From Reclinomonas americana ATCC 50394 (Eukaryota): a stretch of 64,000 bases of DNA. The number at the start of each line of letters is the position of its first letter. The first letter of the stretch is position 1. A program made the translations under genes and the position numbers. The stretch is from positions 1,116,001 through 1,180,000 of the forward strand of contig PS015010.1 in the NCBI GenBank assembly GCA_048213135.1, written 5' to 3'. The notes below the pieces were generated by a model. It saw only the letters and a list, made by a program, of their open reading frames with translations. It was not told the DNA's origin and searched no databases. Shown piece by piece: positions 51,301 to 60,702 of this stretch.

Positions 51301-54300
51301 TTCATCATCCAGAGCGGGTACAACAATACCGCTACAGCAGCACCATGGGGCGCTGGCCAGCGTATGTTCGGCGGCGTTAGTTATGGTCGCGGCAGTGGTC
51401 AGTTTATTCAAACCATTGTGGATCTTTCTTCACTGAATGGTCAGTCGGTACGCCTGCGCCTGAGGGCCAGGGGTGGTACCAACAATATCGGTACATATGA
51501 AGGCTGGTATGTGGATGACATCCTCCAGATGAATGGTTGCGGCGGCATTGTGAAAGCAGGGCTGTACAACAGTGCAGATACCCGCATGGATTCACTGGCA
51601 TCGCCCATCTTCATTAAAACAGATGCAGCGGTTACGATCACTTCGCAACCTGTCAGCACCACTGTTTGTAATGGCAGCAATGCCACATTCACTGTTGTTG
51701 CCGATCCGTCCACCTCTCCCACTTACCAGTGGCAACTGAGTACCAATGGCGGCGGCACCTGGGCAGATATTCCTGCGGCCACCTCAGCCTCCTACACTGT
51801 TACCGGTGCTACGCTGGCCATGAGCGGTTATCAATACCGCGTGGTGGTTTCCAGTGGTATCAGTTCCGGTTTTGTAATATCCAATGCGGCTATACTTACA
51901 GTTAACCCCGTTCCTACTGTGAACGTAGTGGCTAACCAGTCGCTTTGTCCCGGCGCAACCACAGCTGCCGTTAACTTTACCGGCAGTGTGGCGGGTACCG
52001 TATACAACTGGACCAACACCACACCTTCCATTGGCCTGGCTGCCAGCGGAAGCGGAAATATCGCTCCTTTTGTTGCCGTGAATACCGGTACTACCGATGT
52101 AACGGCTACCATCACAGTTACACCGTCTTTTACCAATAATGGCGTAACCTGTACCGGTACACCCCGTACATTCACCATAACGGTTACGGCTAACCCCGAC
52201 CTGGTGATCGTTGCTGATCCCGGTACTACTTTGTGTGCAGGTGATCCAACAAGGCTCACACTGTACGAACAGGGAGGCGCTGTTGCCGTAACGGTAACAC
52301 AGTCTTCTTCCAATGCCATTACTTCCCTTAACTCTATTTCGTGTAACGCGGCTGGTCTGCATACGGATAACAGTTACTGGAGGGCGATTAACCTTACACC
52401 GCTGAACCTGACCGGTTCACTCACCATTAATAATGTGAGCTTTGGTATTGAACTGGCCAACGCGGCCAGTACCGGTACCACGCAGCCCATTACCGTAAGG
52501 TTGTATACCCAAACAGGCGCTGCCTTCCCTGGCGGCACCCGTACACAGATCGCTACGCAAACGTTCGCTGTACCTGATCAGAACCTGAGCATCTTTACCG
52601 GTGCACTGGGTACACCTGTTACCGTTGCCGCGAACGCGACCATTGTAATGGAAGTATTTACACCAAGCGGACAGGCCGCGGGCCACAGCTTCTTCATTGG
52701 AAGTAATGCCGCAGCGCAAACAGGTCCGAGTTATATTTCCGCCGCAAGTTGCGGTGTGACAACACCTACCGACCTGGCAGCCATCGGCTTCCCCAATATG
52801 CACGTGGTGATGAGTTTCTCCGGTACTGTACCGGGCGTAGGCGGCATCGTGAATACAGGTACATTGCTGTGGAGCCCTGCTGCAGGATTAAGTTCCACTA
52901 CCAGCAACCCTGTTGCGGCTTCTCCTGCTGTTACCACCACTTATACCGTAGTAAGAACTACAGTAGCGGGTTGTACCAAACAGGCCAGCATCACTATTAA
53001 TGTTAACCAGCGTCCTTCCATTACGGCACAGCCTTCGGCTACTACCGTTTGCGCAGGATCAACAGCCACCTTTACCGCAACCGGTGCAGGCACAGGCTTT
53101 ACCCTGCTGTGGCAGGTAAGTACGGATGGTGGTACCAACTGGACCAACCTGGCCAACACTGCTCCTTACAGCGGCGTTACAACCGGTACGCTGACCGTTA
53201 ACCCGGTTACGCCTGCTATGAACGGTTATCGCTACCGTTTATCTGTAAGCGGTACTTGTCCGCCGACAGCTTATTCTTTAGGCGCCGTGCTCACAGTTAA
53301 CCCGCTGCCTGTTGTCAACATCAGTCCTGCAGGTCCGATCTGCGGTGGCGTTGCCGGAACGAATGGCGTATTGCTGACCGCCAGCAGTACTGCAGGAAGT
53401 AACTTTATATGGACTCCTGCTACGGGATTATATATGAATGCTCCTGCTACCGTTGCCTACCCGGCTGGTACACCAGCTACCAGCGTGTATGCGGCACCGT
53501 CAGTTAATACTACTTATACTGTTTCTGCCACGAACGGCACAACCGGTTGTGTGGGTACAGGTACTGTTGTTGTTAATTATACACCTCCTGCTCCTGTTGT
53601 ATCACCGGCATCTGCAACCATTTGCCTGGGTGGTGTTCAGGCGCTCACCATCACTTCATCGCTGGCGCCGGTAACGGTAACGGCAGCCTCAGGCCCCATC
53701 AGTGTGGTGGTACCTGATGGTACAGGTGATCCTGCCCTGTCTTCCGTAACAGTTGCAGGTATCCCGGGTGCGGCTGTGATCTCTAATGTGAGTGTTAAAT
53801 TCACCATGACACATACCTGGGTGGGTGATATGGACATCAATCTTGTAGCGCCCAACGGACAAATAATGAACCTGGTAGGCGGACTCGATGGCGGTACAGG
53901 ATCCAACGGTACGGCCAATTTCACCAATACCATCGTAAGCTCCTCTTCCACTACAGCAATGAGCGGCGCTCCTGCCCCACGTAACAGCACTTTCACGGCT
54001 GATGCAAGAGCAGGTTATGGCCCGACCGGTTTTGAACAGACCGTTAACAACTGGAATGCGCTCCTGACTGTACCTAATGGTAACTGGAGACTGGCCATGG
54101 GTGACTTTGGCGGCGGTGATGTGGGTACACTCACTTCCTGGTCTATCGATATCACTTACGGATTACCCGCAGGCGGTATCTGGACACCTGCTACCGGCCT
54201 TTACCTGGATGCAGGTATGACCGTCCCTTACGTAGCAGGCACACCAGCCGTAACGGTATACGCCAGCCCGGCAGCTTCTACTAATTACTCTGTAACGGTA

Positions 54301-55167
54301 AGCACAGGTACCTGCGCCTCTCCTTCACGTATCGTACCGGTGACGGTAAATACTCCTGTTGCAGTGACATCACTTTCCGGTAACCAGACCATCTGTACCG
54401 ATAAAGTAGCTACGTTCACCGTAACTGCTTCCGGAACAACACCGGCCTATCAATGGCAGGTAAGTACCAACAACGGTAATACCTGGGCTAACATCACAAA
54501 CGGCGGTGTATACAGCGGCGCTACCACGGCCACGCTCACCATCACAGCCCCGCCGGTATCCATGAATGGTTACCTGTACCGCGTTACAGTTATCGGGGCA
54601 GCGCCTTGTGGTTCTGTAACCTCGGCACAGCGTGTGCTGAATGTGAACCCGCTGCCAACCATCGTGATCTCGGCAGCACCTTACACGAAGTTGTTCCCTG
54701 GTCTGACTACAACCATCAGTTCAAGCGTAACACCTAACGCGGCAGCCTCTTACACCTGGAGAAGGAATGGTGTGGTGGTGCCTGGCGCAACCGGCGCTAC
54801 ACTGGGCGTTGATGTAGACGGATTGGGTCTGTACAGCTTACTGGTGACAGATGTTAACGGATGTACGAACGTTTCCAATTCAGTCCTGATCTCCGATTCA
54901 GTGAACAGCAAACTGTTTATCTACCCGAACCCGAATAACGGAAGATTCCAGGTAAGGTATTACAGTGTTAATGGCAATACACTGGTTCGCGGACTGACCA
55001 TCTACGATGCCAAAGGCGCAAGAGTGCTTGTTCAGCAGAACAGCATCGTAGCACCATATGCCCGTATGGATGTTGACCTGAGCAAATTCGGTAAAGGTAT
55101 TTACTGGGTTGAGCTGGGTGACCTGAACGGCAATCGTCTCGCCGTGGGACGAGTGGTGATCCAATAA
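48313..55167 (+). CDS. M36 (fungalysin) metallopeptidase with FTP propeptide, PA insert, Ig/PKD-like repeats, P-domain and T9SS CTD
   Basis: GNNVHAY, YGFNEVSGNFQ, PRMQMY, HEYGHGVSNRL, EGWSD, EVHYIGEIW; HTWVGDMDINLVAP (P-domain); IYPNPN...GIYWV CTD. Confidence 0.92.
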   Translation: MMRKLYASVVFVMALLCMHGLQAQNKKAGNDPTLSDVRKNAVRLQLSAYDAENAVVSHAFTDDKTNIRYIYLQQTWQQVKVFNSIKSVALRNGDVLYSAGNFVPDIASRSLPATPSLSAEAAVSRAAGYLKLPAPSGLQSVENKFAAEKKMIFTPAGIAKQNIEAELVWVASEDGKSVKLAWNINIDVLQSSDWWNIRVDAATGEFIEKDNLTIHESTALTSDAAPGYLFNEAPAFFPGAFSTAKQVTAFSPPTVTSAGYYISPMPAESPRHTPSMTLVNEPWLRAGAGNNAITNGWHFDGTTNYDITRGNNVHAYLDIANTGNPSSPGNIPATSTTAIPSLSFNFVPNFTQAPTTALNRQAAVTNLFYWNNTIHDVLYQYGFNEVSGNFQTDNLGRGGLGNDYVQAEAQDASGTDNANFSTPADGGRPRMQMYLFAGVPTFTVNAPGNVAGNYFASESGFSTNNKLANVGPRTGPVVWYNDDGSASPTHYACNGSTPGSLTGKIAMIIRGGGCAGGFVEKVKNAQTNGAIAVIMVNNVAGFPITMGGTDNTITIPAVMISQADGNLIAAEIANGLNVTLTAGLNLDGDMDNGIVTHEYGHGVSNRLTGGAPNSGCLNNAEQGGEGWSDYIALMLTTNWATAQLTDGPLARPMGVYALGQPLNGTGIRTYPYSTNMTINPHTYANVANPTYAGEVHYIGEIWTSAVWDMTWNIIQQEGSINPNIYDGGATGGNSIALKLVMEGMRLQTCRPGFLDARNAILAADSILYNNRHKCAIWKAFARRGMGYSAVQGLSTSTNDQTAAFDVPSQVTLNKMAAPLTVVQGEQVKVNLTATCECQVNTGYTLRDTIPAGFTYVSSTGGTLAGNVVTFANLNFNAEQETKNFQVTLQPNVAGCAITTPINDNRDGSTTGGLTSVIATGTTNWVTSTARSSSPTTSWFAASNNITRDYSLTSSAFTAGALSVFSFKHYFITKNGFDGGRVEYTTDNGANWNDAGRFIIQSGYNNTATAAPWGAGQRMFGGVSYGRGSGQFIQTIVDLSSLNGQSVRLRLRARGGTNNIGTYEGWYVDDILQMNGCGGIVKAGLYNSADTRMDSLASPIFIKTDAAVTITSQPVSTTVCNGSNATFTVVADPSTSPTYQWQLSTNGGGTWADIPAATSASYTVTGATLAMSGYQYRVVVSSGISSGFVISNAAILTVNPVPTVNVVANQSLCPGATTAAVNFTGSVAGTVYNWTNTTPSIGLAASGSGNIAPFVAVNTGTTDVTATITVTPSFTNNGVTCTGTPRTFTITVTANPDLVIVADPGTTLCAGDPTRLTLYEQGGAVAVTVTQSSSNAITSLNSISCNAAGLHTDNSYWRAINLTPLNLTGSLTINNVSFGIELANAASTGTTQPITVRLYTQTGAAFPGGTRTQIATQTFAVPDQNLSIFTGALGTPVTVAANATIVMEVFTPSGQAAGHSFFIGSNAAAQTGPSYISAASCGVTTPTDLAAIGFPNMHVVMSFSGTVPGVGGIVNTGTLLWSPAAGLSSTTSNPVAASPAVTTTYTVVRTTVAGCTKQASITINVNQRPSITAQPSATTVCAGSTATFTATGAGTGFTLLWQVSTDGGTNWTNLANTAPYSGVTTGTLTVNPVTPAMNGYRYRLSVSGTCPPTAYSLGAVLTVNPLPVVNISPAGPICGGVAGTNGVLLTASSTAGSNFIWTPATGLYMNAPATVAYPAGTPATSVYAAPSVNTTYTVSATNGTTGCVGTGTVVVNYTPPAPVVSPASATICLGGVQALTITSSLAPVTVTAASGPISVVVPDGTGDPALSSVTVAGIPGAAVISNVSVKFTMTHTWVGDMDINLVAPNGQIMNLVGGLDGGTGSNGTANFTNTIVSSSSTTAMSGAPAPRNSTFTADARAGYGPTGFEQTVNNWNALLTVPNGNWRLAMGDFGGGDVGTLTSWSIDITYGLPAGGIWTPATGLYLDAGMTVPYVAGTPAVTVYASPAASTNYSVTVSTGTCASPSRIVPVTVNTPVAVTSLSGNQTICTDKVATFTVTASGTTPAYQWQVSTNNGNTWANITNGGVYSGATTATLTITAPPVSMNGYLYRVTVIGAAPCGSVTSAQRVLNVNPLPTIVISAAPYTKLFPGLTTTISSSVTPNAAASYTWRRNGVVVPGATGATLGVDVDGLGLYSLLVTDVNGCTNVSNSVLISDSVNSKLFIYPNPNNGRFQVRYYSVNGNTLVRGLTIYDAKGARVLVQQNSIVAPYARMDVDLSKFGKGIYWVELGDLNGNRLAVGRVVIQ

Positions 55168-55186
55168 GAATTGTTTGTTTGCATAG

Positions 55187-55221
55187 AAAAAAAAGGCCCC
55201 GGGTAATTCCGGGGCTTTTTT
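55187..55221. terminator. Bidirectional intrinsic terminator
   Basis: A-run, GCCCCGG/CCGGGGC stem, T-run. Confidence 0.8.
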
Positions 55222-55303
55222 ATGATTAACCGCAGCAAAAAAAGGACGCTGTGTTTCGCAAAGCGTTTCTCTTTTGACTTTTTAATTTTGAATTTTACCT
55301 TTC

Positions 55304-57091
55304 TTACTGGTGCGTTACCGTAACATTATAAATCAACACCTCGCCATAAGCGCTGCAGGATTCGCTTGAACCAGGATTACCGGTGCAGGACGACTGCGTA
55401 TATGCGCCTGCTTTGAAGTAGGCACCTGAATAAGTATGACTGTAAGTATACATCAGCACGTCATTATAGTAACACTGCGTTTGATTATTGGCTACTACAA
55501 ATTTTACCTTGAACCTGGTGCCCAGTACATAACTGCTGGTGAGTGTGGGGCCATCGGTACCATTGATATCGATAAAGAGTTTCTGGTTCTCCAGCCTGAA
55601 AACGATCACATCATCATTCGCGTCGTGTATCTGCCCGGCAACAATATGTTTTTTCACATCCGGTAAATGCGTAATGGCCTGGTCTATTTCCATCGTATGT
55701 GTGCCCGAGCCTGAGGACCAACTGGCGTTGGTGGTGCCATTGCTGGTCATCTCCCTTAATTCACTCCTGGGGTAACCGGAACCGCTGGTGGTGGCGCCTC
55801 CTGTATGCGCCCTGAAAAGAACGCCGGTATTCGTGCTGTTGTTTTTAAAATAAGGATCATTGGAATAGGTAGCCAGGGCGGGTTGCGATATCTCATCCGC
55901 ATTGGTGCCCGCGTCACTGCCGTCGATGGGCAGGGTCAATTTCCAGTTGGTGAGGTTAAGCACATTGGCAGGCAGGCTGCCTGTTGCAGATGTGGTGGCC
56001 GATACCTCGTTGCTGTAACTGCTGTTACCGGAGGCATTGTAAGAACGGAGACGATAATAATAAGTAGTGCTGGCGGTTAAACCAGTATTGCTGTAAGTCG
56101 TTGTGTTGGCGGTTATGCTGCCTGCAATTTCGCTGTAAGTACCGCCGGACCCTGTTTTGCGTTCCAGCTTAAATCCTGTTTCATCGGTGCTGTTATCCAC
56201 CCACGAAAGGTTAATGGCTGATGAACTGCCTGCGGCAGCTGTCAATGATGAGGGTGCATTGGGCGGAGGTATGGCTGCCGTTGTTGCGGATACTTCGTTA
56301 CTGTATGTGCTGTTGCCGGCCGCATTGTAGGCACGGAGCCGGTAATAATAAGTCGTGTTCGCGGTGAGACCTGTATTGCTGTAGGTCGTTGCATTAACGG
56401 CGATGTTGCCTGTTATTTCAGCATAAGTACCGCCTGACCCGGTTTTGCGTTCCAGTTTAAAACCGGTTTCATCCGTGCTGTTGTCGGTCCAGGTTAAATT
56501 GATGGCGGAAGTGCCGTTAGCCGCAGCCGCTAGTGAAGAAGGTGTGGCAGGAACCGTTGCCGTGGTTTCCTCATCCAGCGCGAAATCATCGAAACGACCG
56601 GTACCGGCATTGTAGGCGCCGTACAACGTTACAGACGTGGCGCTGCCGGAATTGAAGGTTACCGTTACCTGTGTCCAGGAACTGTATGTACCACCCTGGC
56701 TGTTCAATACCGTGGAACCGCTTTTAGCGCCGATGGTGCCCTTGCCGAGTATCCAGGCGGTAAGGGTGTAATTGGTACTGGCGGTAACAGCGACTGCCTG
56801 CTGTATCCTGTCACCGGAGCTTTCCAGCTTCGCGGATTTTGAACCGGAATGTTTGTCGCTGGTGGAAATGGCGAAGAGGTTCTCATCGCCCCAGTTGGCC
56901 TTATCCTGTTCAAAGCCGGGGTTAAGAATAGTAATGGCACGGGCGGCTGCCGGTTCATTGGTATTACCTGGTGCGGATACATTGTCTGCCGGTGGCTGCG
57001 CTTCGGCGATCATTTCTTTTTTGTTACAGCCTGTGGAAAGAAGGACGAATGCAATACAGGCATGCGTAAGCCTGCGGAGTGTGATTTTCAT
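55304..57091 (-). CDS. Polysaccharide lyase family 7 (alginate lyase-like) lipoprotein with CBM-like domain and two FN3 domains
   Basis: Lipobox STGC; NPGFE...SAKL (CBM4/9/16-like); two near-identical FN3 units W.DNSTDETGFKLERKTG; NWKLTLP, YPRSELRE, GQIH, YFKAGAYTQS. Confidence 0.88.
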   Translation of the reverse strand: MKITLRRLTHACIAFVLLSTGCNKKEMIAEAQPPADNVSAPGNTNEPAAARAITILNPGFEQDKANWGDENLFAISTSDKHSGSKSAKLESSGDRIQQAVAVTASTNYTLTAWILGKGTIGAKSGSTVLNSQGGTYSSWTQVTVTFNSGSATSVTLYGAYNAGTGRFDDFALDEETTATVPATPSSLAAAANGTSAINLTWTDNSTDETGFKLERKTGSGGTYAEITGNIAVNATTYSNTGLTANTTYYYRLRAYNAAGNSTYSNEVSATTAAIPPPNAPSSLTAAAGSSSAINLSWVDNSTDETGFKLERKTGSGGTYSEIAGSITANTTTYSNTGLTASTTYYYRLRSYNASGNSSYSNEVSATTSATGSLPANVLNLTNWKLTLPIDGSDAGTNADEISQPALATYSNDPYFKNNSTNTGVLFRAHTGGATTSGSGYPRSELREMTSNGTTNASWSSGSGTHTMEIDQAITHLPDVKKHIVAGQIHDANDDVIVFRLENQKLFIDINGTDGPTLTSSYVLGTRFKVKFVVANNQTQCYYNDVLMYTYSHTYSGAYFKAGAYTQSSCTGNPGSSESCSAYGEVLIYNVTVTHQ

Positions 57092-57496
57092 AATGACGTT
57101 TTTGAGGTTACAAAAATGCCTGCTGAGCAAGCGGGGTTGAATCGTTGCTGTAAGAATACTCCGCATTAACAGCTTCTAATAGTAAGTGCAGATGGATGTT
57201 TTCAATTTTTTGATGGTAAAACACCAATGTTTTTGCAGGGAAAGAATGTTTTACCCGCTTGTTTTGCAGCGAAATACAGGCGGAAACGTTACCGGCAACG
57301 GTGCCAGCCGGTTACCTGTTTACATCAATATTCAATAAGCCATATTCAATTTTAGTTGAGCAGGTATAAATACGGGTGCAGCAAATGCGCATTTATACGG
57401 CTGAAAAATCAGCCGGCTGTCAATTATCTTTAACCCGGTATTTATGGCTTGTTCACAAAAGCCGAATGCTTAAACCTAAACCTAAAACTAACAACC

Positions 57497-59011
57497 ATGC
57501 CCATCAGAAAATTCTCACTCCTGGTAGTGTTCTTATCTGCCATTGTTCTTTTCGCCACGCAATGCAACAGTGATGATAAAAAACCCAACGACCAGGCTGG
57601 TTCCATCAAACCCAAAGAATTGCCCGTTGTAGTACCCGGATTTAATTTTCCGGAAGATTCAACTGTCATCTATGGATGGATGAACAACAAAAACTTTCCC
57701 AACAATTATGATTCTGCCAGTGTATACCAGCATGCCTGGGGCATATGGGCAGGCTTAACCGCCAATTCCGGTGAAGTGTACCAGGGCGACTCCCTGCGCA
57801 TTTTTGAAACCTGGCTTGGCATCAGCGAAATACAGGACCTGATCGTTGCCGGTAAAACAAAAGGCGGATGTGAAGGTGTTGCCGTTAAAAGCGAGCGTGC
57901 CCCGCTGGAACGTCCAAAGCAATTCGGGCATGGTCCGTCAAAAGCGCTGAAGTTTAGCCTGCAGCGCAAGAAAGATGTGGATACCATCGATACCAATCCG
58001 GGTTTCTGGGTAACCGTATCGTATGATCCCAATGCGGCCTGTTATGCTACTACCAACAGCATCCTGAAACAATCGGTACAAAATAAATACGCGGTAAATG
58101 GCGGTATCGGTAATATCCCCGCCTTCCCTACCAAGTCCATCACCATTAAACCAACTTACATGGTGGGCTCGGCTACTGACAGCCTGATACAGATACCCGC
58201 CTGGAGCGGACCAAGAGATACGGCATATGGCGCCAACCTCTGGCCTACAGTTGTATACGCTGATGTGAAGAACAGGCAAACACCCAATAAAGCCGTAGTG
58301 CCCGCCGGTGTTAATGATCGTGATCCTGCACATATAGCAGCAGCCACCTGCAACCTGAGTGACTTTATCAATTTTAAAGTGGATGCGAAGATGGCAGCTT
58401 ACATGAATAAGGAAGACAGCACACAGGGACTGAGCGGCGGAGGTAAAGCCGTAGCCGGCCAGATCGCCATACTGGTGGCCATGCACGTTACAACAAAAGA
58501 AATTTCCAACTGGACCTGGCAGACTTATTATTGGGCGCCTAATCCCATGAGCCCTGATAAGCCCAGCAGCAACCTGGCTGCCAGCCTGATGCCTGCACAG
58601 CTGAAAGGCACAGCCGCCGGTCACTACGCGGTAGTTACCGCCTACGCCATGGTTATTCCTAACCAGCCATTAACGGGTGGTACCAATACCGGTGTAACGC
58701 CGATCTATGGTTACAACCCCTACCTGGAATCCGGTTTCGATACTTCATTTAACAATGGTAACCTCACTTTCCCGAACCAGCTGAATCCTAAATTCTATTT
58801 TGGCGACCAGACCAACTGTATGACCTGTCATACACTGGCCACACCAACATCGCTGCAGACCATCGGCGGAGTGACCAATGATATTTACAGCACCGTACAG
58901 TACATCAGCAACACGGATACTTTCTTTATCAATAAGATCCGTCTTGATTTCGCGTGGTCAATACAAGCCACTACTATCAATGATGCACCACCGGCCAACA
59001 AGCCGAAGTAA
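57497..59011 (+). CDS. Uncharacterised lipoprotein with a single C-terminal CxxCH (putative c-type haem protein)
   Basis: Lipobox-like FATQC; LVAMHVTTKEISNWTWQTYYW; YNPYLE; QTNCMTCH; DFAWSI. Confidence 0.7.
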   Translation: MPIRKFSLLVVFLSAIVLFATQCNSDDKKPNDQAGSIKPKELPVVVPGFNFPEDSTVIYGWMNNKNFPNNYDSASVYQHAWGIWAGLTANSGEVYQGDSLRIFETWLGISEIQDLIVAGKTKGGCEGVAVKSERAPLERPKQFGHGPSKALKFSLQRKKDVDTIDTNPGFWVTVSYDPNAACYATTNSILKQSVQNKYAVNGGIGNIPAFPTKSITIKPTYMVGSATDSLIQIPAWSGPRDTAYGANLWPTVVYADVKNRQTPNKAVVPAGVNDRDPAHIAAATCNLSDFINFKVDAKMAAYMNKEDSTQGLSGGGKAVAGQIAILVAMHVTTKEISNWTWQTYYWAPNPMSPDKPSSNLAASLMPAQLKGTAAGHYAVVTAYAMVIPNQPLTGGTNTGVTPIYGYNPYLESGFDTSFNNGNLTFPNQLNPKFYFGDQTNCMTCHTLATPTSLQTIGGVTNDIYSTVQYISNTDTFFINKIRLDFAWSIQATTINDAPPANKPK

Positions 59012-59113
59012 AGATAGTTTTAGTATAGTAAGCATCTCTGGTTTCATCAGCTCCCGGCAAACGTACCTGTCCGGGTGCTGGTGAAACATTTTCAAATGAC
59101 ACAATTAGCTACA

Positions 59114-59848
59114 ATGAAAAAAGAAAAAGTACTCACTGTTGGTTTTCCCCTGTATGATGATGTAACGCTCGTGGATTTTTGCGGTGCATCAGAAGTTTTC
59201 GCGTCGCCAGGTGCCGGTGGCGCTTTTAACGTGATATGGCTGGCAGCGGAAAAAAGGCCCATCCAAACGTCAGAAGGATTGCATGTATATCCTAACTATA
59301 CCTTCACCGAAAAACACCCGCCTATCGATATCCTGTTCATTCCGGGTGGAGGCACAGGATTGATTGATAATGCCATGTTCAATAAAGAAGTACAGGCCTT
59401 TATCAAAAGAGTGGCGACAAAAGCGGAATGGGTTGGCTCTGTATGTACCGGTGCTTTTATACTGGCCGCTACCGGTCTTTTGAGAGACTGTAAAGCCACC
59501 ACTTACTGGAGCCAGATACCCAACCTGGCCCTGCTGAAAAAGAAACTGAACCTGACCATACCCAAGGGTAATCCTCGTGGTGTGATTGACGCGAAGAAAA
59601 AAATGTTCACCGGTGGAGGCATCTCTTCATCACTGGATCTTGCGCTGATGCTGGTGGAAAAAATAAAAGACAAAGGCACTGCCCAGGGTGCACAGCTCGG
59701 TATACAGTATGCCCCCAATCCTCCTGTACATGCAGGTGATCCTGAACAGGCGCCTAAAAAACTGGTGGCAGAACAATTGAAAGACGGCGCTGCTTACAGT
59801 AAAGCCTACGAGCAGGCCGTTGAAAAATTATTAACACAACTTAAATAA
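59114..59848 (+). CDS. DJ-1/PfpI-family protein, isocyanide-hydratase-like subgroup
   Basis: TLVDF (Asp at the DJ-1 acidic position), FIPGG, SVCTGA nucleophile, GGISSSLDLAL, QYAPNPP C-terminal extension. Confidence 0.85.
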   Translation: MKKEKVLTVGFPLYDDVTLVDFCGASEVFASPGAGGAFNVIWLAAEKRPIQTSEGLHVYPNYTFTEKHPPIDILFIPGGGTGLIDNAMFNKEVQAFIKRVATKAEWVGSVCTGAFILAATGLLRDCKATTYWSQIPNLALLKKKLNLTIPKGNPRGVIDAKKKMFTGGGISSSLDLALMLVEKIKDKGTAQGAQLGIQYAPNPPVHAGDPEQAPKKLVAEQLKDGAAYSKAYEQAVEKLLTQLK

Positions 59849-59854
59849 CTGTTC

Positions 59855-60367
59855 ATGAAAACTCTTTTGCTCTGTACCTTATCCTTTGCGATCATTTTCT
59901 CTGCCTGCCAGGATAACGGGCATGCACCTCAAAATGATACCAAACATACCGATGGCAGTTTCTTCAACGGGTCGTGGACCTACCGCAGCCTGTTCAATGA
60001 TACCGCCTGGCAAACCGACTTCGACTCGCTTGAGTTCGCTGCCGCTATTATGGACCTGAAAACAACAGGAAAAGATTCTATTACAGGTCTCCTCTATTGG
60101 TCACAGAACCCCACACAGGGGCTGAATATCAGTGGCAGGTATTATTATAACGATTCCACTACCTGTTACTATCTTGTTGGTGTTGGCGACTCCTCACTGG
60201 GTACCCCCGGCTGGCAATACGACTACCAGGGTTACATTGTACCGCACTGGTCATTTGGCGTGAACCAGGTAGACGCCCTGGTAGGCAGTGTGGCAAGATT
60301 TAAACCGCACAATGGCGAGCCTGCGGGTGTAGTGGCAAGTACATATATGGTGAGGAGAAGTAAGTAG
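59855..60367 (+). CDS. Uncharacterised beta-rich lipoprotein
   Basis: Lipobox FSAC; GSWTYRS, WQYDYQGYIVPHW, LVGSVAR...PH; starts 6 nt after the DJ-1 stop. Confidence 0.75.
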   Translation: MKTLLLCTLSFAIIFSACQDNGHAPQNDTKHTDGSFFNGSWTYRSLFNDTAWQTDFDSLEFAAAIMDLKTTGKDSITGLLYWSQNPTQGLNISGRYYYNDSTTCYYLVGVGDSSLGTPGWQYDYQGYIVPHWSFGVNQVDALVGSVARFKPHNGEPAGVVASTYMVRRSK

Positions 60368-60430
60368 ATCGTTTCCGCGACGAATACAAAACGCGGAGAT
60401 GAATTAGCAACGGCATTGTTTTCTCTTTAT

Positions 60431-60459
60431 AAGGCCCTGGGTTGTTCCGGGGCTTTTTT
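60431..60459 (+). terminator. Intrinsic terminator closing the 57497-60367 cluster
   Basis: GCCCTGG/CCGGGGC stem plus TTTTTT. Confidence 0.7.
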
Positions 60460-60702
60460 GCAACCAAAAGCTATAAATCTTTTGTACACTAAAATATCCT
60501 ACTATAATGCCAAGCCACCCCAAAAAGTATTTAACTGAATATCCATAAAAGTAGTATATGGCAATATCTGGTATCCTAATAAATAGGTATAAAACCTGAG
60601 GTTTGTGAAGATGTACAATTTCCTACGAATTTGTATAGATGCAACCATTCAGGCGGGGATAAAGTCATACTAATTGAATTTTTAAACCCAAATTCAATTA
60701 GT

